From positions 106,661 to 170,660 of the forward strand of contig JAEWER010000019.1 in assembly GCA_023389255.1 (NCBI GenBank): DNA of 64,000 nucleotides. The letters run 5' to 3'. Under the pieces are notes generated by a model, which worked only from the letters and a program-made list of their open reading frames with translations, searched no databases and was not told the origin of the DNA. Positions 8,977 through 17,805 of this stretch are shown one piece after another. Each line of letters opens with the position of its first letter. Position 1 is the first letter of the stretch. The translations under genes were made by a program, and so were the position numbers. This DNA comes from Bacillota bacterium (GTDB lineage: Bacteria > Bacillota > Clostridia > Saccharofermentanales > DTU023).

Positions 8977-10961
8977 TAGTCTAGGATATTCTCCTTATAG
9001 ACTTGATAGAGCTTATTTAACTTCTCCATTTTAGTGTCCATTTCTAATTGTAGGGCAGAAGCTTCAGCCAAGTTACCATTGGTCAGGGCTTCGTAGATCT
9101 GTGAAAACAAGGATGTGGTGAACGTGTTGCTTTCGTCGTGACTGCTCTGTACCAATTCTGAACGGATAGAAGCGATTTCATACCAGAGTTCATCTAAGAA
9201 TTTTAGACTATCTAAATCGCGTTCTAAAAGATAACTCAAGCTTTGACGATCCAAACTGTGTAGGCGCTTCGTTGCACGTACCTTGTTACGATTGACTTCG
9301 ATTAAGCGATCTTTCAATTCACGTACCCATAAGTCCAACATGGCTTGGATATAACTTTGCAAAAGACGCTCAGTAAAGACATTATCTGCGGTCAGAATAG
9401 CTAATTGTTCAGTTGAAGAAACTAAATTTTGTAAAGTGTCGTGTACATTAGCTGCCGGCACGCCAAACAGGGAGTCGCGTTCAGCATCACTATAGGCAGA
9501 AAAAATATCTAAATCTGAACAATACTGGTACTCTTTCTTGAGATACGGAGTTTCTTCACCTTGTTTTTTACGTAGTTCTGCTACTAGCTCCTGGCTACAG
9601 CTGGGATTTGAGCGTCCGGAGGTAGCAACAGCTTTAATGCCGTCAAACATTACTTGGCAGATAGCGGCTAAAGCGAAGTATAAGTTGGTTCCTGGTGCAG
9701 GTGAACGCATCTCAAATCTAGTTGAAGGCTTGGGTGCTTTGGGATTTCTGATCAAAGAAATTAGCACGGTGCGGTTGCGCGATAGTTCACCCGCTTTTTC
9801 GCTGATGGCAGCTACAGGGTGGGTGGGAGCTTCAAAGCCTGGTTTTAAACGATTAAAGGTATCGTTGGTGCAGGAAACAAAAGGAGCAACTAATTCACGA
9901 TAATGCTTCAAAATTCCCATTAAAGCACCATAACCCGCGCAGGAAAGATTATCCTTAGTGATATCTTCTGGTGCAAACAAGTTACAACGTTCACCATTTT
10001 TAAAATAAAGCCAGACGTTGAAATGGGTATGTTCGCCAGAGCCAGCAACACCTGAAATAGGTTTAGCAAGGTAAGAAATTTCTAAGCCATGCAAGCGGAA
10101 AATTTCTTCGATAATGATTCTAATGGCTTGCTCATTATCCACACCTTGCAAGTCATAATCATAAGACCAATCAACTTCTAATTGCTCTAAAATATGGTCC
10201 ATGTCTCCCGTTCCAGTAAGATGTGCTTTAACACCACCTACTTCCTTATGTCCCATTTCTGGATTGAAGCCATACTTATCTAAAACGAGTAGAGAGCGTT
10301 CTAAAGCGGAGCGGACAACACCCTTGGTACGCTTCCAATATTGTTCTTTTAATCCTTGCGAAATTGAAAGATGTTCTTCAGCTACAACATCATCAGGAGT
10401 TTTAACCCAAAACTCTAATTCGGTGGCGATGGTTAACTTAACATCGGTTAGTTGGCTTACATCTTGCGAGCAAGGGCAAAGCTCAGGATAACTTTGTAGC
10501 AATTCTTTAATGCGATGCGCGAACGAAGCGATAGCTCTCTTCAGCAATGATCTCGAGCACACAAAATCTTGGTTGTGACGTAAAAAGCAAGGAATCCGTA
10601 ATGTGCCACAAGGAAGTTTTATATCTGGCAAGATATGTTCGTAATTGTAATCCACATACCAGTTGACATCTAAGTCAGCGATGAGATCGACTTGTGCATC
10701 GTTGATATTGGCTATTCCAGGCAAAACTACAGAAGAACCGTCTGTCTGCACACTGCCGTGTAAATATGAAGACATGCTCTCAATAAATTGCGAAATTGGT
10801 ATTTTGACGTCGGTATCGTTGCCTGCAATATCTACAGCGATCAAGGAAACAAAACAAACTTCAGGATGTTTGGCTAAAATTTTAGCTAATTTGCTTTCGT
10901 CGTGATCTTCCGGTTTTACGCAGTACAGTAGGTTGGGATACATGGAAAATGATGTGAACAT
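8976..10961 (-). CDS. Glutamine synthetase family protein, long form with a roughly 200-aa helical C-terminal extension (type III-like)
   Basis: N-terminal beta-grasp-like region (DIAGNDTDVKIP..VQTDGSSV). Catalytic-domain motifs GHKEVGG, AGSGEHTHFNVW and SRNRT...TRFEMRSPAPGTNLYF. 661 aa. Confidence 0.65.
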   Translation of the reverse strand: MFTSFSMYPNLLYCVKPEDHDESKLAKILAKHPEVCFVSLIAVDIAGNDTDVKIPISQFIESMSSYLHGSVQTDGSSVVLPGIANINDAQVDLIADLDVNWYVDYNYEHILPDIKLPCGTLRIPCFLRHNQDFVCSRSLLKRAIASFAHRIKELLQSYPELCPCSQDVSQLTDVKLTIATELEFWVKTPDDVVAEEHLSISQGLKEQYWKRTKGVVRSALERSLLVLDKYGFNPEMGHKEVGGVKAHLTGTGDMDHILEQLEVDWSYDYDLQGVDNEQAIRIIIEEIFRLHGLEISYLAKPISGVAGSGEHTHFNVWLYFKNGERCNLFAPEDITKDNLSCAGYGALMGILKHYRELVAPFVSCTNDTFNRLKPGFEAPTHPVAAISEKAGELSRNRTVLISLIRNPKAPKPSTRFEMRSPAPGTNLYFALAAICQVMFDGIKAVATSGRSNPSCSQELVAELRKKQGEETPYLKKEYQYCSDLDIFSAYSDAERDSLFGVPAANVHDTLQNLVSSTEQLAILTADNVFTERLLQSYIQAMLDLWVRELKDRLIEVNRNKVRATKRLHSLDRQSLSYLLERDLDSLKFLDELWYEIASIRSELVQSSHDESNTFTTSLFSQIYEALTNGNLAEASALQLEMDTKMEKLNKLYQVYKENILD

Positions 10962-11114
10962 ATGCTACCTAATTTCTCTTGTTTTAGTTTGAACCTGAGT
11001 TCATTAAGATCGCTTAATTTTACACCAGTTACAGCCTGAGCACATCATATTGATAATGATATAATCACACATAGTTTAGTATTTAATAAAATACCTACAG
11101 TAGGGAGAATAGGC

Positions 11115-13625
11115 TTGAAATTATTTTCTGGCAGAAATAGCTCTAACAATAAACACAAAGCAGAGTTGTCACTTGCACAAAACCCTGTAAAGAACAAGGC
11201 AGAGAGATTGGCACCAAAGAGCAAAAGAAAACAAAGAGATGTTTCTTCTATTTCTGCGCCTATAAATCGTAGATCTAAGGCGCAAAAGTCGCAAGCAGGC
11301 AAGACAGCGCAAGCAGTAAAATACAATTCACAAAAAGCCTCCACTGTAGAAGTAAAAAAGACGGGTAAAACTACTAGTGAATATTTTCGTCCTACTTTCA
11401 ATTTAATTTACGCTGAACCAAAACAAAATCCGAAAACTAGACAACAAGCGAGGCGTACTCAAAAACCAGTCCCTACCCATGTCGAGACAAATGACTGGCA
11501 AGGTTTGATCAATGCTACAGACTTTACTCGTGGCAAATTAAATTCCAAGGAATATGAGCAAGCGGTTCATTCATCTCATGATTTTGGTGCGCCAGAAGAA
11601 TTTAATTTTGTAGCGTCAGCAAAAGCCAAAGAAGCGATGTTAAAAAGAGAGCGTCCAGCCAGAAGGAGTCCTAAAAATCAAGCTCAAGTAGCAATTGAAA
11701 GAGATAAAGCAACAAACAAAGAGCCAGATAAAGAAAGTATCAGTAATCAGAAAAATACTAAAGAAACACTTATAGCGGAAGTAAAAGCTAAGGCTAAGCT
11801 ACAAGTGCAAAGCAAAGCTCACGTCAATTCCTATGAAAAGCTATTGGCTAAGGCTTATAGAGCAAAGAAAAAAGAAGAAAAAAATAACGAACAAAAACTA
11901 AAACAAACCAAGAAGTCAGAGCAAACTAAAAACACTAAACCAACGCAATCAACTCTAAGTCTTAAGAGTGTAAGCAAACAGCAAACAGCTGGAGTACAAA
12001 GTAAAGGTAAACTCACAGCTAAGATTAAGCAGAGTGAAACAAAGAATACTAGTAAACTAAAGGCGACTAAACTAACAGCAAAGCAAGGGAAAAAAGCTGA
12101 ACCTACGGTGAACAAACTTAGCTTCCTTGCTAATACAAAAACTAAAGTAGCCGGTGTAGCTATCTTTTTGTTACTTATTGTTGCGGGATTTTTTGTACTA
12201 AACAAAGTTCTTCAGCCAACAGTTTTGGGATCTGAGATCTACCTTGAGCAAATTTCGTTAGGTAATTTGGATCAGGAAGAATTTACCAAGACCCTATCAA
12301 AAGTCGAAGCAGATATCCTGAAACAATTTCCGCTCAAGCTGAGTACACCCAACCAAGATGTTCAGGTAGATTTAGCGGATTTAGGAGTTGAGCTTGATTT
12401 TGCAGCGATGTTCGAGCAAGCCAAAAATCAGGACGAGAAACGAAGAGAGCAACACAAAAAAGGATGGTTTGATAATAGTCCTACCACTCCTTTACCTGCC
12501 ATTAGCTTAGGTTATGTTTTCACTCTCGATGAACAAAAATTTAAACAGAACTTGCCTAAATTACACAAAAAATTAGATAGTAAACTACAAGAAGCAGAGA
12601 TCAAAGGCTTTGATATAAAAAAGCTAGCTTTTGATATCTCGCCATCCTCTTCTGAGTTCAAACTAAGTGATAGCGAATTAAAACAAAAGTTAGAAACGTT
12701 GATACATGGCGGGATGAAAGAACAGACAATTGAATTGGCTAAAGGAGAAGGCAAAAAGCCCAAAGTAACTAAAGAAGTGCTTGCAAGTAAAGTGGGCTTG
12801 GTTTCAGAGGCTTTCACAAAATTGCCCTATTGGCAAGAAAGCAGAAACCAAAATTTGAGAAGAGCCAGCGAAATTCTAAATGGTTACATGCTGAAACCAG
12901 GAGAAGAATTTTCTTACAATACAGCATTAGGTCCCCAAGATGAGGAGCACGGTTTTGCTCTAGGTTATGCTGATTACAACGGAGTGCCTATTTTAGAAAT
13001 AGGTGGCGGTCTTTGTCAGATCAGCACAACATTATTTCAAGCCGTTGCAAAAGCTGATTTAGAGATTGTTGAGCGACACACGCACGGTAAAATGGTGTCT
13101 TACACACATCATGGTATGGATGCTATGGTTGCTGATTGGGCTGATTTTAAATTTAAAAATAATAAGGATTATCCTGTAGCCATCAGTGCTAATTTTGATG
13201 AAACGGAAGGCATTATCACTTACAAAATCTATGGTCAACTTTTGCCTGACAATCTCCATATAGAACTTGAAAGTGAAAAGATAGACGATATCAAGGCCTC
13301 AGATGTAGTTGAGTATGTATCCAATAAGGATATGGCGCCGGGTGAAGAAGAAGTCCTGCGCGATAAAATCGACGGTTCAGAGTGGCGTACTTACAAAATC
13401 TACTACGATAAAGACAACAATGAAGTGAAGAGGGAATCTTTCTTATATAGCAACTATGAAGCTTATACCAAAAAGGTACAAGTCAAAGATGCTAGTCTTT
13501 ATCAAACGGTGACTACTACGAATAAAGACAATCATCAGAATAATGATGAAGATAACTATCCTGGTATAGATCAGGTAACTGCAGATTCTGATTCTCATAA
13601 CACTGCAGATGACGATAAAAATTAA
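11115..13625 (+). CDS. VanW-family protein with a long Lys-rich N-terminal region, one TM helix and a G5-like C-terminal domain
   Basis: VanW core GGGLCQISTTLFQA..ERHTHG. TM helix VAGVAIFLLLIVAGFFVL. G5-like segment EVLRDKIDGSEWRTYKIYYDKDNNEVKRE. TTG start with GGGAG 7 nt upstream. Confidence 0.8.
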   Translation: MKLFSGRNSSNNKHKAELSLAQNPVKNKAERLAPKSKRKQRDVSSISAPINRRSKAQKSQAGKTAQAVKYNSQKASTVEVKKTGKTTSEYFRPTFNLIYAEPKQNPKTRQQARRTQKPVPTHVETNDWQGLINATDFTRGKLNSKEYEQAVHSSHDFGAPEEFNFVASAKAKEAMLKRERPARRSPKNQAQVAIERDKATNKEPDKESISNQKNTKETLIAEVKAKAKLQVQSKAHVNSYEKLLAKAYRAKKKEEKNNEQKLKQTKKSEQTKNTKPTQSTLSLKSVSKQQTAGVQSKGKLTAKIKQSETKNTSKLKATKLTAKQGKKAEPTVNKLSFLANTKTKVAGVAIFLLLIVAGFFVLNKVLQPTVLGSEIYLEQISLGNLDQEEFTKTLSKVEADILKQFPLKLSTPNQDVQVDLADLGVELDFAAMFEQAKNQDEKRREQHKKGWFDNSPTTPLPAISLGYVFTLDEQKFKQNLPKLHKKLDSKLQEAEIKGFDIKKLAFDISPSSSEFKLSDSELKQKLETLIHGGMKEQTIELAKGEGKKPKVTKEVLASKVGLVSEAFTKLPYWQESRNQNLRRASEILNGYMLKPGEEFSYNTALGPQDEEHGFALGYADYNGVPILEIGGGLCQISTTLFQAVAKADLEIVERHTHGKMVSYTHHGMDAMVADWADFKFKNNKDYPVAISANFDETEGIITYKIYGQLLPDNLHIELESEKIDDIKASDVVEYVSNKDMAPGEEEVLRDKIDGSEWRTYKIYYDKDNNEVKRESFLYSNYEAYTKKVQVKDASLYQTVTTTNKDNHQNNDEDNYPGIDQVTADSDSHNTADDDKN

Positions 13626-13632
13626 GGTGCGG

Positions 13633-14886
13633 ATGTTTTCGAATATGCCTCATGCTCTGATCATGCCCACAATGTTTGGCATTGAAAAAGTGACCAGCTC
13701 TGAGTTATTAGCTTTGGGATTTAGCCAAGAAAAGATTACTGTATCTGATGGCAGAGTTAGATTAGAAGTTGACGATATCGACTTAGCTTCAGTAGTTGCT
13801 AAATTAAATTTTAATTTGCGCTCGGCGGAGCGTGTACTAATTGAACTTGCAGTAGGTTCTGCTACCACTTTTGATCAAGTTTTTGACTTCGTTAAAAGTT
13901 TACCTTGGCATCAGTGGCTTGATCCAGGCTATTTAATTAAGGTTGAAGGTTACTCACGTAAATCTCAATTGTATGGTGTGCCTTCTCTGCAAAGAGTGAT
14001 CAAAAAAGCGATTATAGAGCAACTCAAAGCACAAAAGATTGCTTTGACTGCTGAAGGCAACATTTTAGAAGACATAAACTTAGGACTTGATCACATACGC
14101 TTCATTATGTATGAAGATCAATTGATTTTAACTTTGGATACAACTGGTGTGGGTTTACACAAGAGAGGTTATAGACCACTCAGACATGAAGCACCTATGC
14201 GTGAAAGTTTAGCCTCTGCTTTGCTTGCGCTAGCGCAAGCAGAACGCAAGATTAAACAGGGTAATTATTTCTGGGATCCCCTCTGTGGTAGCGGGACTTT
14301 ACCTATTGAGCTAGCTCTAATATTGACCAAAACAGCGCCTGGTATCAATCGTCATTTTTTAGGGGAGAAGTTAAGCATAGTTGGTAAAGCTGTTTTTGAT
14401 CGAGAAAGAGAATTAGCGAAACAAACATCTCTTTTGTATTATCAAGATAGGGATGCTAGGAAAGTTGATTTACTAGCAGAACTTAAAGGACATATTTTTG
14501 CTAGTGATCTAGATGAAAACGCCATTAGCAACGCCAAAGAAAATGCTAAAAGAGCTGGCGTGGATGCTCTCATTTCTTTTTTTCAGCACGCTCTGAGAGC
14601 AGATTTGCCAGAGCAACTGGTAGGCAAAGAAACGCTTTGTATAATCACAAATCCTCCCTATGGTGAACGTTTGGGTTCTGAGCAAGAAGTAAAAGATATC
14701 TTTAGATCACTTAGACAATTATGTTTTAAGCAAGAACACTTAAGAAGTGACCGCTATTTATATGTTATTTCGCCAGCACGATATTTAGAGAAGATCATGG
14801 AACATTTGGCAGATAAAAGGCGCAAGCTCTACAACGGCATGATTGAATGCACTTTTTATCAGTTTTTTCGCCACCCTAAAAACTAA
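13633..14886 (+). CDS. THUMP-domain class I SAM-dependent RNA methyltransferase (YpsC/RlmL-like, COG0116)
   Basis: SAM motif I DPLCGSGT and motif IV NPPYGERLG, preceded by a THUMP-like N-terminal half. I prefer the ATG at 13633 (AAGGTG upstream) to the overlapping track start at 13609. Confidence 0.8.
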   Translation: MFSNMPHALIMPTMFGIEKVTSSELLALGFSQEKITVSDGRVRLEVDDIDLASVVAKLNFNLRSAERVLIELAVGSATTFDQVFDFVKSLPWHQWLDPGYLIKVEGYSRKSQLYGVPSLQRVIKKAIIEQLKAQKIALTAEGNILEDINLGLDHIRFIMYEDQLILTLDTTGVGLHKRGYRPLRHEAPMRESLASALLALAQAERKIKQGNYFWDPLCGSGTLPIELALILTKTAPGINRHFLGEKLSIVGKAVFDRERELAKQTSLLYYQDRDARKVDLLAELKGHIFASDLDENAISNAKENAKRAGVDALISFFQHALRADLPEQLVGKETLCIITNPPYGERLGSEQEVKDIFRSLRQLCFKQEHLRSDRYLYVISPARYLEKIMEHLADKRRKLYNGMIECTFYQFFRHPKN

Positions 14887-15953
14887 TCTAACTTGAAGAA
14901 AAACTGTTTTTGTGCGAACTGAATTTTGCAATTATCGGGCAAAATATACTCACGATGTTTGTTTAGTTTTTTACCGTCTACATAGGTGGCATTACATGAG
15001 CCCAAATCTTCGATGAAATAGTTTCCACCATAACGTGTGATGCGGGCATGTTTACGACTGATACAGGGGTCTAAAATGGGCAAATCACAAACAAAGCGAT
15101 CTCTACCAATTAAAAAGTCATCTACCAAGATAAATGAACGCAAACCTTCTTGTTCTCTAGAGGTACCAGGGGGACCTTCACTGATCAAAGCAATACGATA
15201 GGACATCTCATCTAGCTCTAATGATTGTGTCTTTTCAAAGGGTAGGTCTTGAGCTTTGAGTTGTTTCTTGATACTCGATAATAAACTAGTTTTAGCAATT
15301 TTCTTACTTGATTTAATTAGTTGCTTAGTTGAGTTTTGGTGATGTTTTTCTTTGGTTACTTTCTTCTTTGTCTGGGGCACTTTAGTTGCTTTGGCGCAAT
15401 GCTTATTTTCAAATTTAGTCAGCAATTGTTTAGCCTTGCCAAAAGAGTTTAACTTGATAGAAGCTAGCCAAGCCCGTAGCAAAGAGTGCCAGGAACGTTG
15501 GAGACTGGCAGAATTTGTTTCTACCTTTTTTAGCAAGAGGTCAATGAGTGAAGTAAATTGCAAGTAGCTACTAGGTAGAGTGAGGTGCTCAAATCTCACC
15601 GGTAAGCACGGTATTTGTATTTGCTGAAGTTTTGCTTGATAGAAAATGAGCTTGATTGTATGTACATGTAGCAGGTTTAGCTCAAACGATAACCCAATGC
15701 TGTGACAATTTTCGGCACAAGCCGTAAGTTCATGTAACAAATTTAGCCAAAAAGAAATATTAGAGAGAATTGTCGGATTATCATCTAACAACCTAGCAAG
15801 AGTTTCTTGTTCTTTTAACTGTAAAGTAAGTAGCTGGAAATTGTTGGTAGTATTGGTACAAAGCAGAGGTAACACAAAAGCGGGTGGGTTTTCCGTTAGT
15901 AGATATAACTCCGCTTGTTCAATTGTCTGGGGTAAAACGCGATAAGTAAGCAT
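14883..15953 (-). CDS. FHA-domain protein with an unassigned roughly 250-aa N-terminal region; last gene of the Tad-like operon
   Basis: C-terminal FHA signature FLIGRDRFVCDLPILDPCISRKHARITRYGGNYFIEDLGSCNATYVDGKKL. The ATG at 15953 is preceded by GAGG at 7 nt; the track start is a TTG at 15965. Confidence 0.8.
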   Translation of the reverse strand: MLTYRVLPQTIEQAELYLLTENPPAFVLPLLCTNTTNNFQLLTLQLKEQETLARLLDDNPTILSNISFWLNLLHELTACAENCHSIGLSFELNLLHVHTIKLIFYQAKLQQIQIPCLPVRFEHLTLPSSYLQFTSLIDLLLKKVETNSASLQRSWHSLLRAWLASIKLNSFGKAKQLLTKFENKHCAKATKVPQTKKKVTKEKHHQNSTKQLIKSSKKIAKTSLLSSIKKQLKAQDLPFEKTQSLELDEMSYRIALISEGPPGTSREQEGLRSFILVDDFLIGRDRFVCDLPILDPCISRKHARITRYGGNYFIEDLGSCNATYVDGKKLNKHREYILPDNCKIQFAQKQFFFKLD

Positions 15954-15969
15954 ACTAGACCTCAAATTG

Positions 15970-15995
15970 CCAAGAGATAGCGAGCTATCTCTTGG
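15970..15995 (-). other. Perfect stem-loop immediately downstream of the pilin gene
   Basis: CCAAGAGATAGC-GA-GCTATCTCTTGG forms 12-bp arms. It lies between the pilin stop (16002) and the FHA gene's RBS. No U tract follows it. Confidence 0.6.
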
Positions 15996-16001
15996 TCTTG
16001 T

Positions 16002-16211
16002 TTAACGGATGCCATCGATGATGGAATGATCAAATACTTTCTGCATTAAGCTGTTTGCAAAAGAAACGATTTGCGATCGAAACAGCAAAGCGATAGCGAT
16101 TAAGATGGCGATGATTATTACTATTTCAAGCGTACCTAAGCCACATTCCTCTAACGATTTGTGTTGTTGCTTAGCATAGGCTTGAGCATATAATCTCTGA
16201 GCAATTCTCAT
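16002..16211 (-). CDS. Flp-family (type IVb) prepilin
   Basis: 69 aa: a basic leader, then ECG-LGTLEIVIIIAILIAIALLF (a G/xxxxE-type site followed by a hydrophobic helix). AAAGGAG RBS. It sits next to the TadB/C and CpaF genes. Confidence 0.6.
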   Translation of the reverse strand: MRIAQRLYAQAYAKQQHKSLEECGLGTLEIVIIIAILIAIALLFRSQIVSFANSLMQKVFDHSIIDGIR

Positions 16212-16257
16212 AGTAACTCCTTTCTATTTGATTTATTGCTATTCAATAGAGGACGAG

Positions 16258-17805
16258 CTAAAAACTGAGCTCACTTAAAGTTAGTAAAGCTGGTAATACA
16301 GCAGTTGCCATTACAATTAGTAGATCAATACTCATGGGTATCAGTAACTTTAGGCTTCGATGCTGTAAATATTTACGCATGGCATCGCGATAAATTTGTC
16401 TGCTATTGCTGGCTTGTAGTTGTAAGATATGTAAGAGTTCTTGACTGCCATCTTGTTCATAGCGAGCGATGAGGTTCAAGCTGGATACCAAGTCGGAATG
16501 TTTTAGATGGCTAGAAATTTCAGCTAAAGCTAGAGCAGCGCTCTGGCCACTGGTAATACGCATCCTAATTTGACGCAGTTCATGTGCAATTAAGGTAGCA
16601 GGTCTAGTCTGATAAGCGCTTTCAATCAAAAGCAAACTCTTATCTAAAGTGATACCGCTACTCAATAAGTTAGAGAGTAAATTTAAGAGACAAGGGTATT
16701 CAAGGCTATAACAGAGCTGTAATTTATCGTAGCGTTGCCAGAGATCTAATTCTTGTACCAAAGGTAGTGCTAGCAGTAAAAGAGGAAAAGCTAGGGGCAG
16801 ATTGGTAAACAATAAAAGTATTAGACAACAGCTAAAGGCAAGTATGCTTAAATAAATCTTAGTGCGAAAATATTTGTAAAAAGCATGTTGAACACTTGCT
16901 TCTTCAGGCGCTAATTGCTCTAGTGCTTGTTTTAGCCAGTAACTTAAATCAAGTGGCAAAATGTTGAGCAAAGCATCAGCTAAGGTGATGATTATTACAC
17001 TCTTTACAGGTCTTTTGCTCAATTTCAACCAAGGAACTTTATTTTTGGGCTTAAATCCACTGCTGAGCAAGTAACAAGTTAAGCCACCTGCGATAATCGA
17101 TAAAACATAAAGTAGATGCCAAATAGAAGTAGCTAAGTGAGAACCACTTAAGTTATCGAGATAACCTCCACTAGATTTGCCCATTAACCAGGCAAAGAAG
17201 AATGGGAGAAAGACTAAAATAATAGCCTCTGAATTTTTAGCACTTTGTTCTGCGCGAATTGCTTTTTCGAGTTGAATTTCTTCGCAAAGAGAGCGATGTG
17301 TTTCTCTAATATAAAGATCTAAGCGACCACCATATTGTCTTAAAAAACCTAGACTATGGAAAAAAGTAGTTGCTAGAGGTAGAGAGAAAGCATCGCTCAG
17401 ATTTTTCAGGCAGTAACTGAGCTCAACTTGCATTAAGAGTCGCTGTTTTAGACTATGCAAAGCAGCATAGAATTTGCTTTTTGCACCTAGCTGTCTTGCT
17501 AAATCTGCTTCACTTTGAAGCAAAGCATTTTCTAAGGTGTTACCCGCAGAAACTTTACCACTCAAATATTCTAAAAATAGTCTTAGTTGTTCAGTATTCA
17601 AATTTGTGAGTCTAGCACAGCGATACCAATAGCAAGTTATAGCTAGAGATAAAGAACAGACTAGTTGCCAAAAATAAGAATTGATCTGCCAACATCTAGC
17701 GCCAAGGAAAGCGAAGAGAACTCCTAGTAGGAGAGATACTATTAGTAATTTCCAATTTAGAGCTAATTTGTAGCAGTGTTTAATTTTTTGTGCGTAATAG
17801 TTCAT
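16258..17805 (-). CDS. Fused TadB/TadC-like platform protein with two T2SSF-type modules
   Basis: Two repeated helical-plus-TM modules, at roughly residues 80-215 and 370-520, each resembling the type II secretion F domain. The start is ambiguous (TTG 17835, ATG 17805). Either start overlaps the ATPase 3' end. Confidence 0.7.
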   Translation of the reverse strand: MNYYAQKIKHCYKLALNWKLLIVSLLLGVLFAFLGARCWQINSYFWQLVCSLSLAITCYWYRCARLTNLNTEQLRLFLEYLSGKVSAGNTLENALLQSEADLARQLGAKSKFYAALHSLKQRLLMQVELSYCLKNLSDAFSLPLATTFFHSLGFLRQYGGRLDLYIRETHRSLCEEIQLEKAIRAEQSAKNSEAIILVFLPFFFAWLMGKSSGGYLDNLSGSHLATSIWHLLYVLSIIAGGLTCYLLSSGFKPKNKVPWLKLSKRPVKSVIIITLADALLNILPLDLSYWLKQALEQLAPEEASVQHAFYKYFRTKIYLSILAFSCCLILLLFTNLPLAFPLLLLALPLVQELDLWQRYDKLQLCYSLEYPCLLNLLSNLLSSGITLDKSLLLIESAYQTRPATLIAHELRQIRMRITSGQSAALALAEISSHLKHSDLVSSLNLIARYEQDGSQELLHILQLQASNSRQIYRDAMRKYLQHRSLKLLIPMSIDLLIVMATAVLPALLTLSELSF

